The notes: a model not told the origin generated them from the sequence alone. Shown: positions 31,201 to 41,415, counted from the first letter of the stretch. The stretch: DNA of 64,000 nucleotides from an uncultured Methanosarcinales archaeon (GCA_964604995.1 CAZSAD010000001.1:62001-126000), one strand, 5' to 3'. Program-made: numbers and translations.

Positions 31201-32325
31201 GAAGGAATAACTTATTTTAGTGGAGGCTATTGCGATGCAGGACAATGTTATTATTCAATTATGCAAAAATCTTCGTTGCAATGTGTTGCATGTTTGCAAG
31301 ATAGTGACTGTCCAGCAAAACAGAGTTACAAAGAATGTGTATCATCTTCCAAAGTAAAACAAATATCTTTCATTCCACATTGTGTTTCAAACAATCCGCA
31401 AAATAAAAGAATACAAAATCCAACTTATTCATTATTGAACAATCATTGTGAATATACTCAAAATGAACAAATTATTCAAACATGTAATTTAGATCAAACT
31501 TGTCAAAATGGTAATTGTATAGATGTAGCATTAACAGATCCTTGTGAAGATGTTAAATGTGAAGATAAATGTGTAAACAGAACTATTTATAAACAAGGTT
31601 ATTGCAAAGTCGGGAGATGTTATTATAAAGAAACTATTCCAAATTACTCAGCTTGTTTGATTAATAATATGGCGGTGTATTCAGTAAATCCAGTTCAACA
31701 ACAAAATACACCTTTATATTTTAATATGTCAGATTTCACAGCTAAAATTACTGTATCATACAATCAAAATTCTTATGATAATTCAGTTAAATTTGATTGG
31801 TATGTTGACGACGTGCTTGATTCCACTAATACGGGTTCATATTCAAACAATAAAATTACAAGTTCATTTACAAAATCAACTTATTATATTAACAGTCCAA
31901 ATGTCACAATAAAAGTTGTAGCATATGATGCGCTTGAAGGAACAACTGTACAATGGAAATGGATTTTGTATAATCAAAAAAATTTTATTCCTTATCTTAC
32001 AACTAAACTATCTAACTGGAATCCTCAAATAAATCAAGTATTTTACGCAACAGTAAATATAGCAAATCCAAACCCTCAGTCAGCTCAAGTCGTACTCAAA
32101 ATAACTTCGAATCCTTCAATTTACAACATTAATATCTCTAAGGTAATTCCAGCATCCTCTTCCTCAAATTTAGTATTACCTATTAAACTAAATGAATCAG
32201 GACAAAACACATTACTCTTCCAACTATTCGATAACAACCAATGGCTTTTAGATTATGAACAACATACATTGACAGTTACAAATCCCCCACTTAATGATAA
32301 GCTTAAATTAATTAATTTAGATTAA
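25287..32325 (+). CDS. Giant secreted SpvB/TcB-like protein: SpvB N-term, FG-GAP/VCBS propeller, TcdB-mid-like, YD repeats, Cys-rich tandem repeats, Ig-like C-terminus (single gene across N-gap, ~2312 aa or more)
   Basis: TGGSTYSYSIEVPEGVNGLTPPLSLNYNS..GSGW; DINGDGYPDL-type repeats; YDYGKKEFLGFGQV; YDAFGR/YDLNGN repeats; removing the 100 Ns joins ...TGT CAG T|AT GCA in frame with the 31261-32325 ORF. Confidence 0.85.
30525..31285 (+). repeat. 135-bp (45-aa, 6-Cys) coding tandem repeat, at least 5 units, spanning assembly gap 30754-30853
   Basis: Equivalent codons at 30546, 30681, 30916, 31051, 31186 (period 135, +100 N); unit PCEGVICNSYCNNQTNTYYSNGYCSLGTCQYATITPNATQCKQPN; diverged extra copy near 31537. 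Confidence 0.9.
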
Positions 32326-32397
32326 CAAAATTAAACAAACAAAGTAATAACTAATCATAAAAAATAAAATAAATTTATATTAAACTATGGTGAAAAA

Positions 32398-32907
32398 ATG
32401 ACAATTGAAAATTTTGATAATAAATTATTACGATACGCTTTAGCGTTACAATTAACAGTATTTGGACTTTTAAATGTCGCATGTAAAAAAGAAAGTTCTC
32501 CAACATCACCTTCAATAGTAGAAATAAACGATCCAACTCCAATTTATAATGGAATAATGTGGAAGGATGTAAGAAATGTCATGACTCAAAAAGGTTACAG
32601 TTTTCAATATTATCCTCAAAATACAGAAGATAAATTTAATCCAACAATATTTGAGGTATACGATAACTCACTAAATGCAGTGCAAGTACCTGGAAATTAT
32701 ATTGATATTCCTGGCACAACAACATTATGTTATATTTTAAATAATCCAGGATTGAATACAACTAATATAACTAGTCTAAGAGAAATACTTGAACTTTCAC
32801 AAATCCCAACATTTGTAATTGATAACGCAGATAAAAATACACCTGAACAAAATGCACAGCTTGTCTTAGCTAATCTAATCGCTTCAGGATATGTACAAAA
32901 GAAATAA
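32398..32907 (+). CDS. Putative lipoprotein
   Basis: Hydrophobic N-terminus ending LNVA-C-KKESSPTSP (lipobox-like). Confidence 0.55.
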   Translation: MTIENFDNKLLRYALALQLTVFGLLNVACKKESSPTSPSIVEINDPTPIYNGIMWKDVRNVMTQKGYSFQYYPQNTEDKFNPTIFEVYDNSLNAVQVPGNYIDIPGTTTLCYILNNPGLNTTNITSLREILELSQIPTFVIDNADKNTPEQNAQLVLANLIASGYVQKK

Positions 32908-32924
32908 ATGGTGTTTAAGTAGTG

Positions 32925-33344
32925 TTATTTTAGATGGTAAAATCCTTTTTTCTTCTTACGTTGGGATTCTATTAATTTTTTATATCTTTGATCTAACTTT
33001 TTAGAACTAGCTTTAATTTTATTTACAATATCACGTTCAAATCTATCGATAATAATTCTCCCCACTTTAGGCTGTTGTTTTTGTATATAATGTGAGCCTA
33101 GTATAGAAAGCGAGGATAAAATAACTCCAACTCCTGTTAATATATAAAATATGGTAAATAATTTTGTTTCAGGTTTTGTAGGGACAAAATCGCCGTATCC
33201 AACTGTTGTTAAAGTTACAGTGGAATAATATAAAGAATCAATAATGTTCCAACCTTCAATATTATGATAAAAAAGTGTTCCTATAGAAAGCATAAGTAAA
33301 ACTATAAAGACAACCGATGTGATTTCTTTTTGATATTGTTCCAT
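32925..33344 (-). CDS. Two-TM potassium channel (KcsA/Ion_trans_2-like), no RCK domain
   Basis: LYYSTVTLTTVGYGDFVP selectivity filter. Confidence 0.92.
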   Translation of the reverse strand: MEQYQKEITSVVFIVLLMLSIGTLFYHNIEGWNIIDSLYYSTVTLTTVGYGDFVPTKPETKLFTIFYILTGVGVILSSLSILGSHYIQKQQPKVGRIIIDRFERDIVNKIKASSKKLDQRYKKLIESQRKKKKGFYHLK

Positions 33345-33486
33345 TATTATTTTACTGAAAGGTATCCTTTATATCTTTTATGATTATTTTGTGTTTTATT
33401 CAATATTTATATCTTAAAATGTACGCATATCCTAAAAGCCAAAATAGACACAATCTTTTTATATTATCCCACATATCTATTTTTCC

Positions 33487-34234
33487 ATGAAAAAAACACT
33501 TTATTCAAAAACATATTTACCTATTCTTTTAACAATNNNNNNNNNNACCACTCACAAAAGCAGGAATTACATTCTCTTACAATTGTTATGATGTAAATTG
33601 TAAAGAAGGAACACAAATAGATTATATGGTTACTTTGACAAACACTGTTAATTTAACGCTTTCTTTCGATAAATTAATTTTGAAAAATGACGAATTCAAA
33701 ATAGTTTATGAATATTATCCGGGAAAAGCAATAACTCTTAAACCCGAAGAATCGTATTTTTATAATTTCACCGGACAAATAAAAGCTTTTCCAGACAACA
33801 GATATTCTGTAACAATTAAACCTTGTTTTATGGACGTTCGAGCTAAAATATCTGAAAATCAAAGTAATGTTTACCAATTTTGTGCGCAATCAGAATATAA
33901 TATTCCAATTCTTCCTTATGCAAAAATAACTTGTAATTCTTCAGATGAGTGCAATTCAAATGAAGCATGCACTTTTTTTGCATGTAAAACACCATACTGT
34001 AATGAAAATGAAACAATAATAAATCATGAATGTGCAGCTTTAACATGCGGGTTTTTTACTTATTCAAAAGCAGGAAATTGTGAACCTAATCAAACTAAAA
34101 TAATAACCAGTTCTTTATTATTAGTTTTCGTTCTTGTTATAATTTACTATATGTTTAGAATTGCAAATCTCAAAAATGGTAATCCCTCTTATCAAAAAAG
34201 TGCTAAAAAATCAAAGAAAATAAAGCATAAATAA
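33487..34234 (+). CDS. Cys-rich membrane-anchored protein, paralog of 4189-5298 (start upstream of 10-N gap)
   Basis: Upstream ATG/signal peptide before gap; CYDVNCKEG vs CANNICMEG; CNENETIINHEC..LTCGFF vs CQNDEKIINHTC/FKCGFF; C-terminal TM. Confidence 0.65.
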
Positions 34235-34323
34235 AAGATAAAGCATAAACAATTTAATCTGTTTTTAGATAGTAACTTTTTAAATTCAAAACCTTATTAA
34301 ATCAAGAGTTAATTTATTCTTCT

Positions 34324-34848
34324 ATGAGCTTTATTTTTAGAAAATTGTCAAATTTTATTTTCAGAACACGTAGTTTCAATAATGCATCTATTGAAAAATT
34401 TGCAAAATCTGTTAAAAATAAAACCATTCTCGAGCTTGGCAGTGGAAAAAAATTAAATGGGAAATATTATTATTCCGCAAAAAAGTTCTTTGATGAATCA
34501 AACACTTTTATTCAATCAGATATTAATAAAAATTTTGGTCATAAAATTATCGATGTTACAACAATGAATTATAATAAAAAATTTGATATTATAATTTGCA
34601 TGAATGTTTTAGAGCACGTCTATGATTTTCAAACTGGAATAAAAAATATTTATCAAGCATTAAAACCTAAAGGTATTACAGTAATTTTTGTTCCAGGATT
34701 CTATCCTCTTCATGATGAGCCACATGATTATTGGAGATTTACAGAACACTCTTTAAAATTGCTATTGAAAGATTTTAAAAAAGTGAAAATAATCCATTCG
34801 GGTATAAGACAGTATCCCTTTGCATATCATATCGAAGCTCAAAAATAA
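34324..34848 (+). CDS. Class I SAM-dependent methyltransferase (Methyltransf_11-like)
   Basis: ILELGSG, FDIIICMNVLEHV, LKPKG, HDEPHDYWRFT. Confidence 0.88.
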   Translation: MSFIFRKLSNFIFRTRSFNNASIEKFAKSVKNKTILELGSGKKLNGKYYYSAKKFFDESNTFIQSDINKNFGHKIIDVTTMNYNKKFDIIICMNVLEHVYDFQTGIKNIYQALKPKGITVIFVPGFYPLHDEPHDYWRFTEHSLKLLLKDFKKVKIIHSGIRQYPFAYHIEAQK

Positions 34849-34890
34849 TATCTTTAATCTTAAATCTCACAAATTTTAAGAAGTTTAATC

Positions 34891-36957
34891 TTAAGAATTA
34901 ATTTCGCTAACATGTTCTTTCTTTTCAACTCTAATTATGTGATTAACAAAACTTTCAATTTTTTCTTCATGGCTAACAATAACAATTTGTTTCATTCCAA
35001 TTTGTTCAATAACTTCTCTAACTCTATCTAACTGTTCAGATGAAAACCCATCAGTTGGTTCGTCTAATATAATCAAATCTTTTGTTTTAATGCTTCCTAC
35101 CATATCATTAATTACTTTATTTAGTGCAAGTCTATAAGCAAGTGCGCAACTTGTTTTCTCTCCGCCAGAAAGATTTACCAATTCAGTCTCATATCCATTC
35201 TGTTCTATAATTGGCGTAAATTCATCATCTATTCTAACAGACATACTTTCATCTTCAATTAGCATACTAAACCATTGTTTGAAAAATTCATTGAATTCAT
35301 TATTTACTTTAACCATAACATTCCTTTCCATAGTTGACATTAAATTACAGAAAAATTCTTCTAACCAATTAATATATTGATTAATCTTAACAATTCTTTT
35401 TTTTGCTTCTTCTTTATCAAAAATTTCTTTTTTTAAGCCTTCAATTATTTTTTCTCTTAATTCAACTTCTTTTTTTATAGATGAAAATTCTATTTCAAGT
35501 CTTTTTTCTTTTTCCATTATTTCTTCAGTTAATTTTTTTGTTTTTTCAAAATCTAAATCAACACCTTTAAGATTTTCAATTTCCAAATTAAGTTGGCCTT
35601 TAGCAACATTAATTGCACCTATCTCTTTTTTGAGTCTTTGTTGCATATCAGAAATTCTTTTTTGTCTATCAATATCTCTTTGTAAATTTTGCCATTTTAC
35701 ATTAAGAATTGCTAACTCCCTTTCTTGTTTACGGCTTTTTTCTATTTCTATTTCTAAATCTAAAATTTTTTTCTCGCTTTCTTTTTCTAATTTTAATGAG
35801 ATATCTAATTTTGCTTTTAGCTGAGTAATTTTTTCATCTTCCCTATTTGATATATCATGCTTATGTTCTTCTCCTACTTTTTGTTCGCAAACAGGACATT
35901 TGTCAAGTTTAGTTATCTTATCTTTAATTTCTTTAAAATTATTTATTCTGGCATTTATATCAGCAATCTGCCTTTTTGTTTCCATCAATAATTTTCTATT
36001 CTCTTCAATCTCTTTTTTCTTTAATGCAATTATTTTAGAAATATCTTTGCCTTCTTCTATTTTCTTTTGAAGATCATCCAAATTTTGTGCACTTATTTCT
36101 TTTGTTAAAGTTTCAATTTCTTGTTTATTTTTTTCACGCTGTTCAACTTTGTTAATAAGATCAATTTCTTTTCCACTAAAATCTTTTTTTAAATCATTTA
36201 ATCGTTTAACCTTTGTTTCAGATTCAAAATGTTTATCTTTTGCAATTTTCAAATCTTCTTTAGCAAATTTTAATTTTGGTTCAATTATTTTTAATTTACT
36301 TTTTTTATCATTAAATAATGTTTCTTCTTCAATTAATTTTTTCTTTTTCTCATCTAAATCAGATGATCTTCCTTCAAATTCTCTCTTTTTTTCTTTTAAT
36401 TCTCTAGAATAAATTAAAGTATTTTCCCTAATTTTTTTGTATCTATCAATTTGAAAAACTTTTCGAAGCGTATCTAATCTCGCTTCTTTACTCTCCAGCA
36501 AAATTTGCTTCATTTCTTCTTGGGGGGTATAAACAGTATATCTAAAAATAATATCTTTTCCTTTTGTTAAAAGTTCATCAGGATAACCAAGTAAAGTTAG
36601 TACATCTGATTTAATCTCAATTGGGGATGCATCTTTTCTTTTTCCATCAATTTGTATCCATCCTGATTCTTGTGCAATCCCACTTTTTGTACGTTTAAGT
36701 TTTCTATTAACTATTATTTCTTTGTTATCAATATCAAAACATAGTTGAACTTCTCCGTTATTTTTTCCATTTCTTAAAAGTGCTTCTCCAGATAAATCCC
36801 CTCTTTTAATCCCGAAAAGTGCAAATTCAATTGCAAGAAGTATTGTAGATTTTCCAGAGCCAATATCTCCAGATAATAATATAGTTCCTTCTGGAAATTT
36901 AATTGTTTGATTAATATAAGATCTGATATTTGTAAGTTTAACATATTTTATTATCAT
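34891..36957 (-). CDS. rad50: Rad50/SbcC-like SMC ATPase
   Basis: Walker A GDIGSGKS, Zn hook CPVC, signature LSGGE, Walker B IILDEPT, coiled coils. Confidence 0.88.
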   Translation of the reverse strand: MIIKYVKLTNIRSYINQTIKFPEGTILLSGDIGSGKSTILLAIEFALFGIKRGDLSGEALLRNGKNNGEVQLCFDIDNKEIIVNRKLKRTKSGIAQESGWIQIDGKRKDASPIEIKSDVLTLLGYPDELLTKGKDIIFRYTVYTPQEEMKQILLESKEARLDTLRKVFQIDRYKKIRENTLIYSRELKEKKREFEGRSSDLDEKKKKLIEEETLFNDKKSKLKIIEPKLKFAKEDLKIAKDKHFESETKVKRLNDLKKDFSGKEIDLINKVEQREKNKQEIETLTKEISAQNLDDLQKKIEEGKDISKIIALKKKEIEENRKLLMETKRQIADINARINNFKEIKDKITKLDKCPVCEQKVGEEHKHDISNREDEKITQLKAKLDISLKLEKESEKKILDLEIEIEKSRKQERELAILNVKWQNLQRDIDRQKRISDMQQRLKKEIGAINVAKGQLNLEIENLKGVDLDFEKTKKLTEEIMEKEKRLEIEFSSIKKEVELREKIIEGLKKEIFDKEEAKKRIVKINQYINWLEEFFCNLMSTMERNVMVKVNNEFNEFFKQWFSMLIEDESMSVRIDDEFTPIIEQNGYETELVNLSGGEKTSCALAYRLALNKVINDMVGSIKTKDLIILDEPTDGFSSEQLDRVREVIEQIGMKQIVIVSHEEKIESFVNHIIRVEKKEHVSEINS

Positions 36958-37337
36958 AAAAATGAATTAACATGTTTAGAATAAAAAGGTTTGTTGAAAT
37001 TATTAACATAATCTTCTTTTGCTTCAACTCTGTTCAAATGGTAAAGAAGTTTTTTAATATCTTCAGCTTCATTTTGATAATTTGTATCATCAATTCCGTG
37101 CAATGAATGTAATTTTCTAAGAACAAATGCAAGCTTCTTTGTTTCATCTTGTATTTTGCTAAAATCCTCTTTTACATCATCACTCCAAATATATGCAAGA
37201 TCTCTTTTAATGTATGATAAAACATCTCTCCATATATCTTTTAGTTTTTCTTCTGAAACAATCAATTCTTTTTTCTCTTCTTCAGGAGTTTTCTCTTTAA
37301 TTCTTAATGCAGATTTTATTCTTTCAGTGATTTTCAT
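36954..37337 (-). CDS. Hypothetical protein
   Basis: 127 aa, overlaps both flanking genes (translational coupling). Confidence 0.55.
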   Translation of the reverse strand: MKITERIKSALRIKEKTPEEEKKELIVSEEKLKDIWRDVLSYIKRDLAYIWSDDVKEDFSKIQDETKKLAFVLRKLHSLHGIDDTNYQNEAEDIKKLLYHLNRVEAKEDYVNNFNKPFYSKHVNSFL

Positions 37338-38370
37338 TTTGATTCAATAAATTTTTTTCTTTTTCGGGGATTTTTAGCATTTCAATATAAGCAGGCATCC
37401 ATGTTTCGTATATCATAATCAAATGCTCATAATTTCTAATTGCATGCGGAAATTTTTTTCTCAAATCATTTATTATCCTATTAAAATGCTGATAATTCTC
37501 AACTGCAAATTCAAATTCAACTTCCCAGGGTGCAAGGCTTCTAATATAATACAAAGAATTCGGATGAACTCTCATCCATTCATACAATCCCTTTTCATCT
37601 TCCTGAGAAAGTTTTCTAAAATATATTATTGCTTTGAAAAATTCTAATCCTAATTTATTAAAATCAACAGCAATTCTATAATTCAAAATAATCCCTTTTT
37701 CCTCGAGCTTTTTCATTTTTCCCCGAACAATTTCAATTGTCGATTTCACTTTTCTTGAAAGTTCAGTAATTGGGATTCTTGCATCATTTGCAAGGATAGT
37801 AAGTATTAACATATCTAATTCATCAATAGAATTTTCCACCATATCTCCACCAAAAACAATAAACTCTCCTTCTTTATCATCTGTAAAGAATTTTTTGTTA
37901 TATTGCATGGTATCGACCATTGTGCCAAGCACTTTACTAATAACAAGATGGTCCCATTTTGATAGAAGAAAATTTATCTTTTCAAAATATTCAGGTATAC
38001 TTTTTGAAAGAATCGCAAAAACACAATCAAATACTCCATCAGAAATCCCCATCCAGTAAATATCCTTATTATGTTTTAGTTCATCAAAAAATTTTTCGCG
38101 CTCATCAGGTATATTTTCAAGTTTAAGATAAACTTTAAACATGTAATAACCAAGTTTGTTTGGATTTATTGATGTAATAAATTTTTCAATTATTCCTTTT
38201 GTTTGCAATTGTTGAATCCTATATTTTACAGCTTCTCTTGATTTATGTACTTTTTTTGCAAGTGCAGAATTTGTTATCCTACAATTTTTGTCAAGCTCAG
38301 AAAGTATTTTTCTATCTGTTAAATCAAGCTTTAACTTTCTATTATCATCTGATAGGTCTATTTTCTGCAT
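37324..38370 (-). CDS. Lrp/AsnC-family regulator with tandem duplicated HTH+RAM units
   Basis: DLTDRKILSELDKNCR...YRIQQL and DELDMLILTILANDARIP...KKLEEKGII. Confidence 0.9.
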   Translation of the reverse strand: MQKIDLSDDNRKLKLDLTDRKILSELDKNCRITNSALAKKVHKSREAVKYRIQQLQTKGIIEKFITSINPNKLGYYMFKVYLKLENIPDEREKFFDELKHNKDIYWMGISDGVFDCVFAILSKSIPEYFEKINFLLSKWDHLVISKVLGTMVDTMQYNKKFFTDDKEGEFIVFGGDMVENSIDELDMLILTILANDARIPITELSRKVKSTIEIVRGKMKKLEEKGIILNYRIAVDFNKLGLEFFKAIIYFRKLSQEDEKGLYEWMRVHPNSLYYIRSLAPWEVEFEFAVENYQHFNRIINDLRKKFPHAIRNYEHLIMIYETWMPAYIEMLKIPEKEKNLLNQNENH

Positions 38371-38478
38371 TATTTAACCGTTCTGTGTTTTTTCTATATA
38401 AATTTTCTCTATTTCGGTTAAAAATTGGTAAAAACTTTATTATATCAATTATACTATTATTACTAAAGAGTGATTAAA

Positions 38479-39315
38479 ATGTCAGAAAACCTCGAACAAA
38501 AACTCCAACAGGATACAACAAGTCAAACCTCTTCAAATACTATTGACTCTTATACTCAACCAGAAAAATCTGAAAAAAAGAAAGATGGATTTTTCAAAAC
38601 AGCAGCAAAAACAATATTTACAACAACTTTAGTTGCAGCAACAGTTCCAATTGTTGGATTAAACAGTATTTATTCAACAATAGGCAATGGAATTGGGTAT
38701 TTAATTGAAACAAAGAAAAACAAAGAAAAATTCAATACTTCTAATTTCATGAAAGAATTATCAACAGGTGCTGTTATGGGTGTTGTCGGAACCGGTATTT
38801 ATACAGCAATAGATAAAGTTCCAATTGAACAAATGGTTTCTCCTTTAGAAAGTACTGCTCCAAAATACATGGGCATAATAAAAAATATTACAAAAACACT
38901 TGCATTTAACCCAGGTCTTTTAATTCCTTATCTTGCTTTTTACAAAGGTTTCACATACATCAGAGACAACTACAAAAAAATGAAACAAAAAAAATATGAA
39001 ACAGGTGAAGGAATATTGAAACAAACTTATCAGCATGGCATAAAAAAAGATTTTGGAAAAGGAATTTTTCAGCTTTTCAAACTTTTCCCAATACACTATG
39101 TTAATGTAAATTACATCAAAAATGTACCAACTAGAATCATGGTTGGTGTTGCAAATGACATACTGTTTAGATTATTCCAGAAAAAACAAACCAAGAGTGT
39201 TGAATTAAAAAATCCAGCACTCAACTATTCCAATCCATCTAAAAATTATAGTATGCTTCAAAATAGTATGCCTTACTCACATAAAAATCCATCGATTGCA
39301 GCAAGCTATGCATAA
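38479..39315 (+). CDS. Hypothetical membrane-associated protein (possible distant Mpv17/PMP22-like)
   Basis: Hydrophobic segments; C-terminal FPIHYVNVNYIKNVPTRIMVGV; divergent from Lrp gene. Confidence 0.5.
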   Translation: MSENLEQKLQQDTTSQTSSNTIDSYTQPEKSEKKKDGFFKTAAKTIFTTTLVAATVPIVGLNSIYSTIGNGIGYLIETKKNKEKFNTSNFMKELSTGAVMGVVGTGIYTAIDKVPIEQMVSPLESTAPKYMGIIKNITKTLAFNPGLLIPYLAFYKGFTYIRDNYKKMKQKKYETGEGILKQTYQHGIKKDFGKGIFQLFKLFPIHYVNVNYIKNVPTRIMVGVANDILFRLFQKKQTKSVELKNPALNYSNPSKNYSMLQNSMPYSHKNPSIAASYA

Positions 39316-39338
39316 ATCAAAGAATAATTTTCTTATTT

Positions 39339-40208
39339 TTATTCCATAACTAATTTTGCAGCGCCAAGCACTGCAGCTTTACTCATTAACTTCGATTTTA
39401 CAATTTTAGTTGCAGGAACAACTGCAACTTTTTTTGCAGTTTCATTCATTTCTTTTTCAAAAAATTCATATGCTCCAGCTACATTTCCACCAATAACAAT
39501 TATTTCAGGATCAAGGATATTCATAATATTTGCACAAGTAACACCTAAATAAAATCCAACGCCAACCCAAAGCTCTTTTGCTTTTTTATTTTTGGATACT
39601 GCAGCTTTATACAAATCATAAGGCGTATCAAATCCAATTTCTTTTGCTCTATCAATTATTGCATATTTTCCAATTAAACTCTCAACACATCCATAATGTC
39701 CACAATGTCCTAAATCAGCTGAAATATCAATGTAAGAATGTCCAATATGCCCCGCATTATTTTTTCCATGAAATATTTTGCCATCAAGAACAATTCCACC
39801 ACCAATGCCTGTTCCCATTGTAAGTCCAACAACACTTTTTTTGCCTTTTGCAATACCAAAACAAGCTTCACCTAAAACAAAGCAATTTGCATCATTATCA
39901 AGAATTGTTTTAATTTTATATTTTTTATAAATTGCATCTCTTAAAAAAAAATTTTTGAGCGGTAAATTAGGTGTGTTCAATATTTTTCCTTTTTTAATAT
40001 CAAGTGGACCAGGGCTTCCAATACCTATCCCTAAAACATCCTTAGAATAAAGCTCATCAATCACAAGAAAAATTTTGTTTAAAACATGTTTTTTTCCTTT
40101 TTGAACTTCTGTTTCAACAAATCTCTCCTCTAATATTTTTCCATTGGCATCTACTAAAGCACCATGGATTTTTGTTCCACCAATATCGAGCCCAATATAT
40201 TTTTTCAT
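39339..40208 (-). CDS. ROK-family sugar kinase (glucokinase-like)
   Basis: GLDIGGTK, LDNDANC, GTGIGGGI, GHIGH, CGHYGCVE. Confidence 0.92.
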   Translation of the reverse strand: MKKYIGLDIGGTKIHGALVDANGKILEERFVETEVQKGKKHVLNKIFLVIDELYSKDVLGIGIGSPGPLDIKKGKILNTPNLPLKNFFLRDAIYKKYKIKTILDNDANCFVLGEACFGIAKGKKSVVGLTMGTGIGGGIVLDGKIFHGKNNAGHIGHSYIDISADLGHCGHYGCVESLIGKYAIIDRAKEIGFDTPYDLYKAAVSKNKKAKELWVGVGFYLGVTCANIMNILDPEIIVIGGNVAGAYEFFEKEMNETAKKVAVVPATKIVKSKLMSKAAVLGAAKLVME

Positions 40209-40234
40209 TTTAGATTTTTTAGCAAATTATCAAA

Positions 40235-41266
40235 TTATTTTACAAGCTCTCTTTTCAAATCTTCAATTATTTTAACTGGTGTTGGATTTATTTTTCGCAT
40301 CATTGCCAAATAATATGAAACCCATAAACCAAGATACTGTGCACTTAAAACTTTTGCTAGCATTGAGTTTCCTTTTATTGCAATTATATCAACTGCAAAT
40401 CCTTTGCTTTTCATAAGTTTTTCAGTTACACTAATTCTTTTCATAATTTTTGGATTTTCAGCATTATCATGCAATATCAAAACACCAAATCCTTTTTGCT
40501 TGCCTTCATAAGCATTAATTTCATTGTGGTTAAATTCAGGATAAATATTGCAAAATGCATGCACTTTGGTATTTTCATTAATATCAGTTTTCCATTTTGT
40601 TGCAATAGATGAAAATCTAGGCGAAGTGTAAATCAAGGGTATTTTTCCATTGAGTTTTTTTGCAATTTTTTGTGCATTAGTTTTAAAATCCATTTGTTTT
40701 ATGAATTGCAATGTGCTATAAACTTCTTCATCACTAATATTTGCAATATTGGATTTTCTTAGCACATTAAAAATTGGGAAAAACAAGTATGCTGTTGCCA
40801 TTCTTGGCTGAATTCCCGATGGAATTTTAATATGTGGAACTCTTGCTTTTTTTGCAAGTTCTTCTAATTTTCCACCTGAACTAATTGCAACAATTTTGCA
40901 GTTTCTTGATAACGCTTCTTCAAAAATAGAAAGTGTTTCTTCAGTGTTTCCAGAATAAGATGTAACAAAAACTAAACTTTTTTGATTTATATAATCTGGC
41001 AAATGATAATCCCTTATTGTATAAATTGGTATTCTGCAATCAAATAATATATTTCTTATTAAATCTCCAGAAATAGCTGACCCACCCATTCCACAAATTG
41101 CTACATTACCAAAATACTCTTGGTATGAAAGAGTAATTCCTAGCTTTGTTGCCTCATCGCAGTGTTTTGGAAAATCTTCAAGAATTCCTTTCATATTGTT
41201 TGCATCATAAGAAATTTGCTTAATTTTCTTTTTTACTGTTTCTTTTTTTGTTTGTTTTTTTGCCAT
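40235..41266 (-). CDS. Bifunctional phosphoglucose/phosphomannose isomerase (SIS)
   Basis: CGMGGSAISGD, SYSGNTEET, QPRMA, INENTK, PEFNHNEI. Confidence 0.93.
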   Translation of the reverse strand: MAKKQTKKETVKKKIKQISYDANNMKGILEDFPKHCDEATKLGITLSYQEYFGNVAICGMGGSAISGDLIRNILFDCRIPIYTIRDYHLPDYINQKSLVFVTSYSGNTEETLSIFEEALSRNCKIVAISSGGKLEELAKKARVPHIKIPSGIQPRMATAYLFFPIFNVLRKSNIANISDEEVYSTLQFIKQMDFKTNAQKIAKKLNGKIPLIYTSPRFSSIATKWKTDINENTKVHAFCNIYPEFNHNEINAYEGKQKGFGVLILHDNAENPKIMKRISVTEKLMKSKGFAVDIIAIKGNSMLAKVLSAQYLGLWVSYYLAMMRKINPTPVKIIEDLKRELVK

Positions 41267-41415
41267 TGTAAATCACAAGGCTAAAAACAATGATTGGTGG
41301 TATTTATAGTTTGTTTTCAATGTCAATTTATTATTACTCTTTTTACCCACATTATTGCCCTTTATTAGCCAAACATTTAAAAATGGTCTATTTTTCTTAA
41401 GTACTATATAATTTA

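Noticed and set aside
30525..31285. CRISPR array or DGR template/variable repeat
   Set aside because: Contiguous in-frame 135-bp coding units with no spacers; differences not confined to adenines; no cas or reverse transcriptase in window
31261..32325. Independent 354-aa gene
   Set aside because: Frame is open back to the N-gap and continues the 45-aa repeats; it is the C-terminus of the 25287 gene
22849..32907. Integrated island/provirus carrying the Rhs locus at tRNA-Pro
   Set aside because: The duplicated tRNA segment encloses only ~160 bp; no integrase and no distal att copy seen
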